The notes beneath the pieces are model-generated. The model was not told the DNA's origin and searched no databases. It saw nothing but the letters and a program-made list of their open reading frames with translations. Source: Eledone cirrhosa (lineage: Eukaryota). Taken from it: a stretch of 64,000 bases of DNA. The translations under genes and the position numbers were made by a program. Position 1 is the stretch's first letter. Each line of letters starts with the position of its first letter. Shown in pieces: positions 12,401-26,727 of the stretch. Where the stretch lies: the NCBI GenBank assembly GCA_964016885.1, contig OZ024740.1:54002001-54066000 (forward strand). The letters are read 5' to 3'.

Positions 12401-13099
12401 AATAGAATAATTATGCAGGTGCCTGTCACAAAATACAGCATTCATACAGAATATCACACATGACGTTATTCCCAGCAAATACGTCCCTGTGTCTAACATT
12501 ATCTGCAAGCGACAACTTGGCTGGTTGGGATACTATAACGCTGGAGACGGTCAGGACAGCCACACCTGTAAGAAATAGAAGGATGTATATCTCGTATGCC
12601 GGGTCAGTGATTTAACCTTTACTCATAAGGGGGGTCCTTAAACACCGATTTGACGTTATTTAGAAAGTTTAAGCTAGAAGTGTAAACATCCAGTTGAATT
12701 GAGATTTATGGGGATAACTTGAAATATACGAAACAAATTGGGTAAATTACTGATAGAGACAGGAAAATGCTTAGACACGTCCCTGCCTAGTTATCCGTTT
12801 GCAGAGTCACTTTAATCGATCTATTCAAATATGGATTATAGTGACAGACTACCGTCATAGTCATTTGCGAAATGACGAATACATTTTTCACTATTCTATT
12901 TTCACAGAGCCTCTAAGTGAACCGGTTATGCCTCGGATCACAGTCTTTCAAGAGATGGCCAACTGAATTCTTCTTATACCAAAACGATGAATTCAACAGT
13001 GTTCCAGGAGATGGTAACCAGAACAAACCTGCTTTACCTCCAATAAGGTTTTTTCCTTTCTGCAACTGTTTACTATTCTCTGTCTTTCGATTTCTCCTT

Positions 13100-13240
13100 T
13101 AATATTCCATTCTATTTTCTGGTGAAGAACTATCGTCCGAAATATAAAGTAGCTTTTCCTACGATATCAAGCGTTAAACTAATATATTTTCTTCATTGAA
13201 CTGTGTCGATTGCTTTGTCGCTTCTGCTTACTTTTCACAC
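13100..13240 (+). repeat. Degenerate copy of the hammerhead-bearing repeat at 29750-29970
   Basis: TTCTGGTGAAGAACTATCGTCCGAAAT...GATATCAAGCGTTAAACTAATATAT aligns with 29849-29920. Confidence 0.6.
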
Positions 13241-13305
13241 ATATTTACACGCACAAATACATATATGTATATATATATATAAGTGTATGCTTACACTGCA
13301 GACAC

Positions 13306-13418
<113 letters not shown>

Positions 13419-13579
13419 AAGAAGTATGACTCCGACGGCAGAGCTCGAGCCATTTCAACGGCTATTTCTGGACTAAATTATAATTTTTAGCCTGGTGAAT
13501 AAATAGTCGAACTTGTCAAGGGGATAATTCCTTATATGTGAAGGTTTCCTGCATTCGGCGGTGGATTCAGGGACTGGGA

Positions 13580-14570
13580 ATTTAAAATCACCCTACAAAC
13601 GTCCCTAACCCGAGTCAATTTCCTGGACGTTACTCTTAACCTCGAAAATGACATGTACTACCCATACAGGAAACCAAACGACAACCTGCACTACATCCAC
13701 CGCAGCTCTAACCATCTTAGAAACATCACCAATAACCTGGTTAAAAACATCTCCCACCGCATATCTTGTTTGTCCGCTAATGAGCAGATATTCGAGGAAC
13801 ATGCGCCTTATTACAACCAGGCCCGCAAGCGGAGTGGCTGCCGGGAGGAAATATCCTTTTATCCAGCTTCCCTTAGCGGAACCAGCAGGCTACACCGCCG
13901 CTCACGCAACGTAACGTGGTTCAATCCTCCCTATAATGCCGAGGTGGCAACACCTATCGGGAAAACCTTCTTTAGGCTCCTCGAAAAACACTTCCCACTA
14001 CAACACCGCTACCACAACATAATCAACAAAAATACCATCAAACTCTCCTACAGCACCACACATAACTTCGCACAAAACATCGTCTTCTCAAACAACACAA
14101 AACTCAACCCCCTATGGAAGAAACAACCTAGATATCAGTGGAGAGCCGACCAGGAGGTGTAACTTCCCTGATAGATCTACGTGCCCCCTCAACAACAAAT
14201 GCCGAGAACGTAACGGGATCTACCAGTGCAACGTGAGGATGGACACCTCCAACAAAGCTTATATAGGATTAACCGCGTGTGACTTCAAGACCCGGCTCTA
14301 CCAACACCGACATACTTTCCGAAACCCAGTCCAGCGACATGCCACTACACTTTCGGGCCACATCTGGGACCTCCAAGATAATAAAATAACCTACAATCTC
14401 ACTTGGAGCTTACTGTCTAGAGCTAACTCTTACACCGGAGGACGCCGTCCGTGTAACTTAGGCTCGGAGGAAACATTACAAATGCTGTTTTCGAAGGACC
14501 AACTCCTAAACAAGAAAGACGAACTGGTAACCGCATCAAACACAGATTGCGTAGGACTTACCTCGCCCTC
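13580..14570 (+). pseudogene. PLE RT thumb plus GIY-YIG endonuclease, frameshifted
   Basis: ORFs 13653-14162 and 14233-14634 joined by frameshifts near 14140 and 14535. Confidence 0.85.
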
Positions 14571-15300
14571 AAACCCCATAACGACCCGGGTGGGTAGACA
14601 AGGGCTGATACCCCCCACTTGCCGAATAAGTTAGGGGAACCCCCAGCTTACATAGGTAGATGTATCTCTTTTCTTTTCCTCTTTGTCTTCTTCTTCCCCC
14701 TGACTCATCCTATCACTTCCTTCCACCCCCTATTTTCTTCCTCGTCTGCTTTTCCCCTTTTGCCTACCCGATGCAGCCGATCGGGCCTCTATAACATCAG
14801 TTCCCCCACCCCTGTAATTTTAAGATAGAATTGGCCGAATACGTTTTACTAACTACTTATAGCAGATCCCTTTAATTTTGTATCAGTGTTAGACTCCTTT
14901 AATTTTGTATCAGTTTTGTTACTACTCAATTTCTACAAGTTTTTTCTATTCTCAACTTATTAACCTGTATTTGTAAGATAGCATTGTGATTATTTTATTC
15001 ATTTCTCACTATCTAATTTTATCTATTTTTGTATTTCTTTTATTATCTTTTTTTTGTCGCCTACTCTCATTCGAATTACTTATTCTATAACCTCCCTCCT
15101 CCATTTCATACACTATCCTTAGAATCTGCTGTATACATATCACTTTCAACGCTTGACCGCTCCACTCACTCCCCTATTGTTCCACAGGCAAGTTCAGCCA
15201 GCCCTACCTCCCGCTAAATGCCATGATAGACTTATTTGTGTTTACAACACATTTTAACCAATCCTCTTGACAACTACAATCTTCCTATTTAAAGAAGTAC

Positions 15301-15394
15301 CTCCTTGACAAGTTCGGCTATTTATTCACCAGGCTAAACATTCTAATTTAGTCCAGAAATAGCCGTCGAAACGGCTTGAGCTCTGCCGTCGCGG
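15301..15394 (+). ncRNA. Type I hammerhead ribozyme with U3-A8 core
   Basis: CTCC-TTGACAA-G..CGGCTATTT / AAATAGCCG.C-GAAA-CGGC..GCCG-TC-GCGG; same core in the inverted copy at 13513-13519. Confidence 0.7.
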
Positions 15395-15486
15395 TCATAC
15401 TTTTTCCTATTTCCCACTCTACTACTCTAAGTACTGAGTACTTTGGTGCGTTATGGTCCACCTGGTTCCTCACCACAATTCCTTTG

Positions 15487-15535
<49 letters not shown>

Positions 15536-16180
15536 TATTTCAACTCATTTTGTGAAAGTACGTAATTTATTGATTAGGGTGTTCGTCTCGCGATTTTAAA
15601 GCCCTTGGTTCGATTCCTCACAGCAGGTTGCGTATTTTTGTAAGGCATTGTAATTACCGTGGCTTCAATACACTTAGATGGTAAAATTGAGCTATGCCTG
15701 TGACTCAAGATCACATTTTCCAAGTCAGTGTCATGCTGAATCACCCTGAAAATTACGTTGTTGTCTATAGAATGATCGTTAATTTCAGGAGCGGCTTGGT
15801 ATATTGGATGGAAGAAGTAGAACACTGTTTGGTGGAGCAGCATTACCTACAGAAGAATTGAAATTGAAGAAACCACCAGCAATGAAGTATTTTTTAAATT
15901 TATCTGAATGCTATCTCTGATCGTATTGATACATATTCGTTTCAGTAGTGAAAATTCCATTTTTTAGAATGTACTTATGATTTCATTATATAAACATTTT
16001 TAGACAAGAGTATGCGACCTGGTTGAAACGCGGAGCCTATGCTTGTAGTTCTAGTGAAAGAGTAGATAGATTCTTACATTATTCACTGCTAAAGATTTGT
16101 ATAAAAGCTTCCGTCGATGTGCTGAGTAATATACCATCTTCTTATTTTAAATTGGATTTAATCATTATATATATACAAAT

Positions 16181-16327
<147 letters not shown>

Positions 16328-16807
16328 CGCAGATTCAGAATTTGTTTAATTTTAACATTGCCTCTCAGTATCTTGAATATTGAGGACCTCATTGTAAATT
16401 GTTATGAATTAATAGCATGAATTTGAATGTAACATATTTTAAAGTATTCCTGTTACCAATCTCTTTCTATAATAGTTCTGTTTCATGAACATAATCACAT
16501 TTACAGAACTGATACATCTGTTCCTAAAGTAACATCATTCCAACGAAAACTGTTTTACTTCTTTTCAAAAAAACAAAACAAAAAAAAGGTACAGCTTTTG
16601 TCAATATATTAAGACATTGAACCTTTTCTAAATATTTAATATAAGCACAGCAGTAAACACATTGAAGACACAAATACACTGGTAGCCCCATACTGACTCA
16701 CTCTCTTTGCTATCCTCTCTGTCTCTGTATGTTTGTCTGGTTGTCTGTCTATCTATCTGTTTGTTTCTCTTTCTCTTTCTCTTTCTCTCTCTCTCTCTCG
16801 TTCTCTC

Positions 16808-16848
<41 letters not shown>

Positions 16849-18183
16849 CGTTCGGAAGCGTATTTAGCGTATTGTGGTTTATGTAAGTATGTTTGTATAT
16901 GTGTACGTGTTTAAGAATTATGGACACAACATGAGTAGCATTGCTTTATAATAGATGGGAATCAGTTACCAGCTGTCATAAATTACCTGATCAGATTGAA
17001 CTAGATTTTTAACTAAGCTTACCTCTTGTAAGTCTTTACGCCTAACTGTAGAGCTCTTAACTTACAAAGTATCCTCCTGAAGTAGCTGAAACAAAAAATG
17101 ACACTAGTTTTGGGGACAAAAAATATGTTTTTGTTTGACAATTCGGACCACCTGTCTTAGTCTTTGCTTGCACCTTATTCTCTCGTCTTACTGGACATAT
17201 TTGTGAATAATCTCTGTACCTAATTTTATGAACAAAGATTATTTATACCTTCCAAACCAGAGCCAAGCAAAGATCTTTTATACTTCATTATAAGGTAATT
17301 GAAGGGTGTAGTCTAAAAATCAATTATAGGAAAGACCCGACACACACACATGGGCACCCGTACAAGCGCACACATGCGCACACACATATACACATCAAAA
17401 CGTTAGGAGCGTTGGATATATGTCTTCGTTTTCTTTGCTGTGGGTTCAAATCGCACCGAAGTTCACTTTGCCTTTCAATCTTTGGGGACCGATAAAAAAA
17501 TTATCTTGTCGGCCCTGGCGCGGCCCCCGACTCATCCAGCTATCAGATACTGGAGGTTCCGTTTGTTGAACGGAAAGTGGATCAAGATGGTATATCTGTT
17601 TACATATAGTACATACACACATACATGTATATAAACTTGGTAAAGTGGTCGAGTTAAACTGGATATATTTATGTAAGAATATATCTTTAAAAGAACAATG
17701 AGATTTGAAAGTTAAAATAAGATAGGGGTGAAAAGCTTAAGCTGATGTTTGAAAGTTACTTCTGCTGCAACATTTCGTACATTCAGAGCAATATAGTATA
17801 TATATACAGCGGGCATTTGAAATCTACTGATGTCTTTTGGATAAGCATAAGAGAGAATCGTCTGTCGCATGTCGCCCGCTTGAAGTAATAGGCTATCAAA
17901 CTAAACACCCACTTAAAAAATATAAGAATACCTATATAGTGACATATAAACGTTCAGTTACAATTGAATATAACCACTACATATTGACGACTGGAAAAAA
18001 TAAAATGCGTTTGTCTAATTAGAATTATATGATCAATATTTTATCGTATTATCCCGAAAGATATAAAATACATACAACATACTTACCTTACTAACATACT
18101 TACCTTACTAACAGCTTACCCTTACTAACGAAAATGAAATTATGTAAGCCAAAGTAAAAAGGAAAAATGAGAGGAAGAATTTA

Positions 18184-18277
<94 letters not shown>

Positions 18278-18282
<5 letters not shown>

Positions 18283-18621
18283 AAGTATATATATCACTAC
18301 ACGCACAAGGCGCTAAGGGACACATGTATTGTCCAACCATATGCCAATGTGGTTCAATGGCAGGTTAATAAATTAACGAGCCAGAACATATATAATCAAG
18401 GTTTAGCAAATAAGAAAAAGTTTCAAAATAAATTTTACATAGCGCCAGTTCGTAATTTGAATTCGGGAATGTCATATTCTTCGAATGAAAAGATCCTTCT
18501 GACGAGAGTTTTTCTTTGCAACGGATGCCGTATGGACTCCGATTCGGTAAAGGTAACTATAGTAAGTAAAGTTAATTTTTTAAAATTTATTTTGAAACTT
18601 TTTCTTATTTGCTAAACCTTG

Positions 18622-18628
<7 letters not shown>
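18278..18628 (-). mobile_element. Fold-back plus tail element in (TA)n with degenerate hammerhead
   Basis: About 50-bp arms 18388-18437 and 18580-18628; CCTT-CTGACGA-GAGT...ACTC-CGATTCG-GTA-AAGG at about 18495-18552; mini hairpin relative at 25253-25375. Confidence 0.6.
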
Positions 18629-18699
<71 letters not shown>

Positions 18700-18820
18700 T
18701 AACAGATTAAAGTTTAAGCAAAGAATCGCTGCTTACACCCTTAACTGGATCTTCTGAAACTTATCGGGCCCTCTTTGGATTTTAGTCTTCAAATTTATTA
18801 TTATTACTATATATATATAT

Positions 18821-20857
18821 ATTAAAATAACAGATTAAGTTTAAGCAAAGAATCGCTGCTTCCAGTCTTAACGGGATCTTCTGAAACTAAAACATCAATC
18901 TGTGAACGCAGAAGTAAATATTTCGAAAAACGTTGCAACCGAAGGAAGACAGGAAGACGATACTTTGGTTCGTGGAACGTTCCCTGGCAAAGAATGAAAA
19001 AAAAAACGAAGATAATGCGTCATTATTTGGAGAGGTGAAAACAATAACACACAAAGACAAAATCACGTTTATGGTATAAATGAAATCGTAGACTAATATT
19101 CTATTAGATGATTCGTGGAGACGTTTTCTGGCAATGAACGGAAAAAACAAAGATAATACGTCAATATGTGGGGCGATGAGAACAATTACACGCAAAGACA
19201 AAACCACGTTTATGGAGAAAATGCTTCGTAATAAGGGATAGAAACATCTTAGCTAATGGTGTGGACACCCCTATATTATATGGTGGGTTATACCATATAA
19301 TGCGTCGGGATCTATTTTTCCTAGGTCTATTCTCATATTCTGTATACGCTAACTTATCGACAAATCCACTCCGAGCAAGAGCTTCATTGTAATATGTGGA
19401 ATGGTCGGTGAAAATATGCTCGTTTTTAGATAGACGGGAAAGCCTCAAGCAAACGTTTCTTACCAAGTTGTTGGTTATGCTGGCAGGATGGTTAGAATGC
19501 TTATTTATGTAATTAAGCGTATCATTCGGCTTTCTATACGGGTAGTGCAAGCCATTCGACAAATTGAGGGTAACGTCGATGTAATTAACGACCGAGAGGT
19601 TGGCCTCAACCTGTATGGAGAGGTTGAAGCCTTTAAAGAAGGTTGTGGGTTCTTTTCTGAACCTGTCACAAGCACGTGGGCCGCACTTTGTCATGGTCAA
19701 AAGACCGTCATCACGGTACAAACCACCGCCCACGTTGGGGAATTCAGCCTTGATAGAGAAAAGTAGGAAAAGGCCGATAAGATCAGTAACCTCCGCAGAA
19801 TCGCTGGCGCCCATACTCACGTCGAATGGGGTACTATTAGATTTTTAATCCAAATAGAGTCGTCGAAATTGATCACTGACTTACGAGCATTGAGGATGAC
19901 ATCAACTTCGAAATCCTTAACCACTGTGAGTGTTTTAGCGAAATTGATAGCTCTAAGAAGAAGTGGTAAAGTGATGGAGGAGTAGTAATTATTGATGTCG
20001 AATTGGATAAAATGGCAATGTTCCTTGTTGCATATGCCGTTGAACCAATCAACCACCGCGAAAGAATTGTTCCACAGTGCAAGAGGGGCCAAACTTATAA
20101 TTACAGGTATAATTCTATCTAAAATGCAGGCGTTGCGTGGGTTCTGTATGTGCGTGCGTATTTTCTTTGTGTACGCGCTTGTATTTGCATACCCATGGCG
20201 GGTACTTTCGCGCATGCATGTGTATGTACGTATATGGATGCGCGCATGTATATATTTAACTTTTCTTGATTTCAATTACCTCTGTAATTTATTTACATTA
20301 TTCTTAATTCTGAAGCCGAGAATCATTCGGTTTCCTTAATAGAATTGTAGTCTACGACTTCAGTTATACCATAAACGTGGTTTTGTCTTTGCGTGTAATT
20401 GTTCTCATCGCTCCACATATTGACGTATTATCTTTGTTTTTTCCGTTCATTGCCACAGAACGTCTGCACGAACCAACTAATAGAATATTAGTCTACGACT
20501 TCATTTATACTATAAACGTGGTTTTGTATTTGCGTGTAATTTATTTCACCGCTCCAAATAATGACGTATTATCTTCGTTTATTTCCGTTCTTTGCCAGGA
20601 AACGTTTCCACGAATCAAAGTATCATCTTCCAGTCTTCCTTCAGTTGCAACCTATTTCGAAATATTTACTTCTGCGTTCACAGATTGATTTTTTAGTTTC
20701 AGAAGATCCCGTTAAGGATAAAAGCAGCGATTCTTTGTTTAAACTTTAATGTGTTATTTTAATAAATATTTGCTCTACGGTTCTTATATATTTGATATAT
20801 ATTTATCCTTATCGAGCCCTTTTTGGATTTTAGTCTTCAAAAGTATTATTATTACTA
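18821..20857. mobile_element. PLE RT fragment (minus strand) between about 395-bp inverted repeats, with tail
   Basis: Arms 18821-19214 and 20369-20764, tail 20765-20857; deletion derivative at 18692-18810. Confidence 0.8.
19215..20130 (-). pseudogene. PLE (Naiad-like) reverse transcriptase fragment
   Basis: FIQFDINNYYSSI, FDVSMGASDSAEVTDLIG, GLYRDDGL, YPYRKPND, WYNPPY; one frameshift near 19840. Confidence 0.9.
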
Positions 20858-20885
20858 TATATATATATGTATATATATATATATG

Positions 20886-20923
<38 letters not shown>

Positions 20924-21003
20924 AATATATATATATGTGTGTGTATGTATGTATATATATGTGTGTGTGTGCATGTATGTATATACATATGTGTGTGTGT
21001 ATG

Positions 21004-21036
<33 letters not shown>

Positions 21037-21053
21037 GTGTGTGTCTGTGTGTG

Positions 21054-21098
<45 letters not shown>

Positions 21099-21099
<1 letters not shown>

Positions 21100-21392
21100 G
21101 TGGAGGCACGTGCCCCAGTGGTAAGAGTGTTGGACCTACGATCATAATGTCGTTGGTTCGATTCATGGGTTACGTGTTGTGTTCTTGAGGAAAACACTTC
21201 ATTTCACGTTGCTCCAGTATACTCAGTTGAAAATAAGTGCCAGAAATAGCTGGCGGTTTAACCCTGCGGTGGACTGGCGTTCTGTCCAAGGGGGAGTTTT
21301 GTACTCTCGGTCGCTTCATGCCATTACACCGGGATAAGCACCGGCCAAATGAGCCTTCTGGCTTAAGACATACTTTAGGCTTTTCTTTTAGA
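21099..21392 (+). mobile_element. SINE family B (tRNA head, V-domain-like segment)
   Basis: GGCACGTGCCCCAGTGGTAAG...GGTTCGATTC, then CCCTGCGGTGGACTGGCGTTCTGTCCAAGGGG; relative at about 45610-45870 (-). Confidence 0.7.
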
Positions 21393-21415
21393 TGTGTGTG
21401 TGTGTGTGTATGCAT

Positions 21416-21451
<36 letters not shown>

Positions 21452-22161
21452 TACACACTATATAAATACTATGGCAGTAGTAAAGTTAATAGAACTATAT
21501 TTATATGCCATTTATCAGTTTATTACGGAAATAAGACTGCTTTCAAGTGCATAACTCTTGATTGCTGTGTAAAAACAGAAACTTGTATGCTTGAAACTAA
21601 TTAAATATTCATTGAGAATTTTATAAGTATTTTGCTCTAATTAGGCTTCCATTAGCTAAATTGACTTTACATCCACTAGAGCCAACGCTAGTCTCAGACT
21701 TCTACTGCTAAAGACCTGAGAGCTTTAATGGTATATTACTCCAGGCATCACCAAATGATTGAAATGTAATATTTTCATTTTGTTGAATTGAGTGAGAGTT
21801 TTTTTATTTCATAGTCTCAAAGTAAGCCTAAAGTCAAAAGATGGGTCCTATCTACACACGAACGTGCGTGTATGTGTTTGTATGAATGTATGTATTTTTA
21901 ACGATACGTATGTATATGCTTCTCCACACACACGGGCACAGAGAGCCATACCTGTGTGAATGTGTATAAACATATAGATTTTTATATTCTCATGTCTACA
22001 TATACATACACACACACACATACGTATGTATTCATACGTACGGATCTAGCTGTCGAAACGACCGGAGCTCAGCTGGTTGGGTGGAACAGGTAAAAGAGTA
22101 TATATATATATATATTTATCCCCAGCACGGCCTCAGCTGGTTGGGTGGAGCAAGTAAAAGA

Positions 22162-22192
<31 letters not shown>

Positions 22193-22197
<5 letters not shown>

Positions 22198-23012
22198 GAT
22201 ATTAATAAATGGAAACTATATTTATAAAACCATATTTATTTCATTATACATATTTCAGGGATACCAAATTAAATTATGGTATGCCTTCATCAGACAAAAT
22301 ACAATATATAACAGTTTTACAAATAAGCTTTGACGTACCCTTTTAAAATGCAACCATTATTTTTGGAAGCCATCTGGATAGTGAATTGTTTATATTATTT
22401 TAATAGTCTTAGTGTTAAGGACAATTAGAAAAAGACGGAGAAAGAAAAAAGACGTAGAGAGAGAAAAAAGAAAAAAGAAAAAAGAAAAAAGAAAAAAGAA
22501 AAAAGAAAAAAGAAAAAAGAAAGAAGAAAAAAGAAAAAAGAAAATAGAAAAGAGAAAAAAGAAACAAAAAAGAAAAAAACGTGGAGAAATATCGGAGAGA
22601 GAGAAATGCATGGAGAAAAAAGAGAGAGATAAATAAAGACAGGAGGAAAGAAAAAAAAAAGAAAAAAGGAAGAAATAAGAAAAACAGAGGAAAGCAACAG
22701 AGAGATATCAAGTCATCAGACAGATAGAAAGACTCAAGAGAGAGAAATAATATATAGAGAGAGGGGGAGATAATGAAAACTTTACGTCATGTCATATTAA
22801 GTTGAGTTAACAATTTATATGAAATGAATAATAAAAATATAAATATTAATATTCATGAATGGGACATAAATATATAACATGAGAATTAAACATTATTTAA
22901 TAATGATTATATGTTTAGTTTAAAACTTGAGATCAATATACTAAAATTTGAGTTTAAGCATCCAAAATGTACACATTGCTAGAGAAACCTCTACCTTACG
23001 GCAAAGAGAGAC

Positions 23013-23043
<31 letters not shown>

Positions 23044-23454
23044 CGCACGTCGTGAAAATAGAAATTATATCTACTCAGGTCTACAATATAGACATACAAA
23101 ACGCAAATGATTTCTCTTAATCACTGCTATACATTCCTTGTGTTATAAAAAGTTCACAGTATATATACATAAATATATACGATTAACATTCATGCCTTCA
23201 TATATACGATTACCATTCATGCATTTAACATTCTGTTAAAATTATGCATATCTGTAATCAAAACTGCGTGGGTAGGCATGCACACACATAACTCTCACCC
23301 ACACACATACATATACATATATACATATATACACATACATATGTATAAATAAATATTTGCGTGCGTCTTCACCAATTGTTAGACCTGCATCGCTCATGTA
23401 CACATACAGACAGATATACAATCATTTTTTTTTTTATGATTGTATATCTATCTG

Positions 23455-23493
<39 letters not shown>

Positions 23494-24484
23494 CTATCTT
23501 TGCCGTAAGGTAGTGGTTTCTCTAGCAATGTGTACATTTTGGATGCTTAAACTCAAATTTTAGTATATTAATCTCAAGTTTTAAACTAAACATATAATCA
23601 TTATTAAACAATGTTTAATTTCTCATATTATATATTTATGTCCCACTCATGAATATTAATATTTATATTTTTATTATTCATTTCATATAAATTGTTAACT
23701 CAACTTAATATGACATGACGTAAAGTTTTCATTATCTCCCCCTCATTAATATGACATGACGTAAAGTTTTCATTATTTCTCTCTCTTGAGTCTTTCTATC
23801 TGTCTGATGACTTGATATCTCTCTGTTGCTTTCCTCTGTTTTTCTTATTTCTTCCTTTTTTCTTTTTTCTTTCTTTCCTCCTGTCTTTATTTATCTCTCT
23901 CTTTTTTCTCCATGCATTTCTCTCTCCCCGATATTTCTCCACGTTTTTTCTTTTTTCATTTTTCTTTTTTCTTTTTTCTTTTTTCTTTTTTCTTTTTTCT
24001 TTTTTCTTTTTTCTTTTTTCTTTTTCCTTTTTTCTTTTTCTTTTTTCTTTTTTCTTTTTTCTTTTTTCTTTTTTCTTTTTTCTTTTTCCTTTTTTCTTTT
24101 TTCTTTTTTCTTTTTTCTTTTTTCTTTTTTCTTTTTTCTTTTTTCTTTTTTCTCCGTCTTTTTCTAATTGTCCTTAACACTAAGACTTATTAAAATAATA
24201 TAAACAATTCACTATCCAGATGGCTTCCAAAAATAATGGTTGCATTTTAAAAGGGTACGTCAAAGCTTATTTGTAAAACTGTTATATATTGTATTTTGTC
24301 TGACGAAGGCATACCATAATTTAATTTGGTATCCCTGAAATATGTATAATGAAATAAATATGGTTTTATAAATATAGTTTCCATTTATTAATATCGTATA
24401 TCTACTCCAAATATTTGTCGAGTGCTTTATATCAGTTATAAAAATATTTACTTGTTGTATCCCAACAATTTTAAATAGAACTTT

Positions 24485-24487
<3 letters not shown>
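22193..24487 (+). mobile_element. Large fold-back element (arms about 830-910 bp) with hammerheads and tail
   Basis: Arms 22193-23015 and 23488-24400 including (GAAAAAA)n / (TTTTTTC)n; tail 24401-24487; (TA)n flanks. Confidence 0.85.
24292..24356 (+). ncRNA. Type I hammerhead ribozyme
   Basis: TATTTTGT-CTGACGA-AGGCATACCA...TGGTATCCCT-GAAA-TATGTATA-ATGAAATA; inverted copy with CTGATGA at 22237-22301. Confidence 0.8.
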
Positions 24488-24529
<42 letters not shown>

Positions 24530-24601
24530 GTGTATATACAATATATATTTATATATATATATGAATACATACATTCATGCATATATATATATATATATAT
24601 A

Positions 24602-24685
<84 letters not shown>

Positions 24686-25204
24686 TAAATGTATGTATAT
24701 ATGTGGGTGGAATCCACACTTAGCAGTTTGAATAGCTCGGGTTGCTATCACAGTCTTCAATGTGCTCTCCTTTCTGCAACATATTTCAAATCGGGCTATT
24801 TCTTACTATCATCCATCGAAATTCTTGTTTCGTACCATTTTTTACCGATGGTTTTGTTTTCCATTAAATATTCTTCTAAACAAATTTTACTAAGTAAATA
24901 CCCAAATTATTGCAGTATTTATTTTTTTTTTTGCGGTGACTGAAATATTTAAAAACCTATTCTTAGATTTCTCTCTCTTTTAATCATTAGTATTAACTTT
25001 CCGTTCGTGATGTTCTTAACAGTTATATAATAGCAGCTATAAAGTGATATAGGCACAGACATGGACGTGAGGTTAGGGAAATTGTCAGAGTCGCAGCATG
25101 TACACAGCATGGAAGCTAGGTCAAGGGTTTTCGACCAGAAAATCTGGTTAGCCCATATTTATAAGTGAAGTTTGGCAGAGAGGAACTAATCAGAGGCCAA
25201 CCAT

Positions 25205-25256
<52 letters not shown>

Positions 25257-25278
25257 CAAATAAGAAAAAGTTTAAAAA

Positions 25279-25334
<56 letters not shown>

Positions 25335-25367
25335 TTTTTAAAAACTTTTTCTTATTTGCTAAACTTT

Positions 25368-25404
<37 letters not shown>

Positions 25405-25413
<9 letters not shown>

Positions 25414-26275
25414 GCAAGTTTGAAGAATTATTAGATAATTATTTGCTTAATTAAATTTTTCATTGAGCCACACCGTGAAAGGTAGCCGCACTCATATATG
25501 TATCTATGACTATGTCTAAATATATACATATATCCCTATGAATTTAATATATACTCCAGTAAGGTAGAATAACACTTTAGACACTATCTGGCTGCGCTTT
25601 CTAGCAGCCAGCCTACTTGCCGCCTGGCCACCATTCACAACCTTCTAATTTGACCACTAGCCACGTGATAATTCTTAGCCATTTTTGAATTCATTTCTGG
25701 CGGTGATCACTGTAGAAATTTTAGTCCAAATGGGAGGGGTCTCTTGATAAGCTCGAAGCCTCATGGATAATACCAGGATCGGATATATCCACAAAGTGCG
25801 AGCGAGACTGTCGACAGTCGGGACTAGAGGAATTTTGGTAAAGTTTATATGCATTTTTTCTTCTAACTTATATTTTAGACCTAGCTCCGTTTAATTGATT
25901 ATAATCATTAAACAAATAATTATTTGTCTAGTCAATTTCTACGGGCTAAAAGGAATGACTAGATAAATGTTATTTGACTCTTCCTCGCGGAAAATAGTCT
26001 GTATCATTTGTCTATTATTTCTTTATAGTTACATTTTAAACTTATAGCATCGTTTAAATGATTATTTATCTGGTTAATTTCTACGGACTAGGGTGAGGAA
26101 TTACTGTGTATATTTTATCTAATAATTCTTCAAACTTGCAATTTTATATATAGCTCTGACTAATAATTATTTGCTTAATTAAATATTTCATTGAGCCACA
26201 CGCATATATGTATCTGTGACTATGCCTAAATATATGTCTAAATATATACATATATCCCTATGAATTTTATATATA
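25405..26275 (+). mobile_element. Composite PLE-derived element with inverted and direct repeats
   Basis: 25405-25437 is inverted at 26117-26150; 25435-25545 is repeated directly at 26162-26270; hammerhead at 25740-25823. Confidence 0.55.
25740..25823 (+). ncRNA. Type I hammerhead with U3-A8 core and A14G
   Basis: TCTC-TTGATAA-GCTCG...CGAGC-GAGA-CTGTCGACAG-TC-GGGA. Confidence 0.6.
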
Positions 26276-26280
26276 TAAAT

Positions 26281-26727
26281 ATACAATATAGTAATAAATG
26301 GAAACTATATTTATAAAACCATATTTATTTTATTATACATATTTCAAGGGCAACCAAGGCAAATTATGGTGCGCTTTCATCAGATAAAATACAGATTTGT
26401 TTTATAAATAAATATTGACATACCCGGACAAAAAAGACAACCTTAACGGTTGGAGCTTCCTGGATAGTTAACCGTTAAGGTTGTCTTTTTTTCTGGGTAT
26501 GTCAATATTTACTTATAAAACAAATCTGTATTTTATCTGATGAAGGCGCACCATAATTTGCCTTGGTTGCCCTTGAAATATGTATAACAAAATAAATATG
26601 GTTTTAAAAATATAGTTTCCATTTATTAATATATTGTGTATTTACTCCACTAGACTGTTGAGTACTTCATATCAGTTATAAAAACATTGTTAAGCTTGTT
26701 GAATCCCAGCAAATTAAGTATAACCTC

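Noticed and set aside
14140-14570. Selenoprotein-type Naiad endonuclease (in-frame TGA at Cys positions)
   Set aside because: Cys positions read TGT/TGC or are mutated (TTC, GGC, 1-bp deletion); no in-frame TGA was seen.
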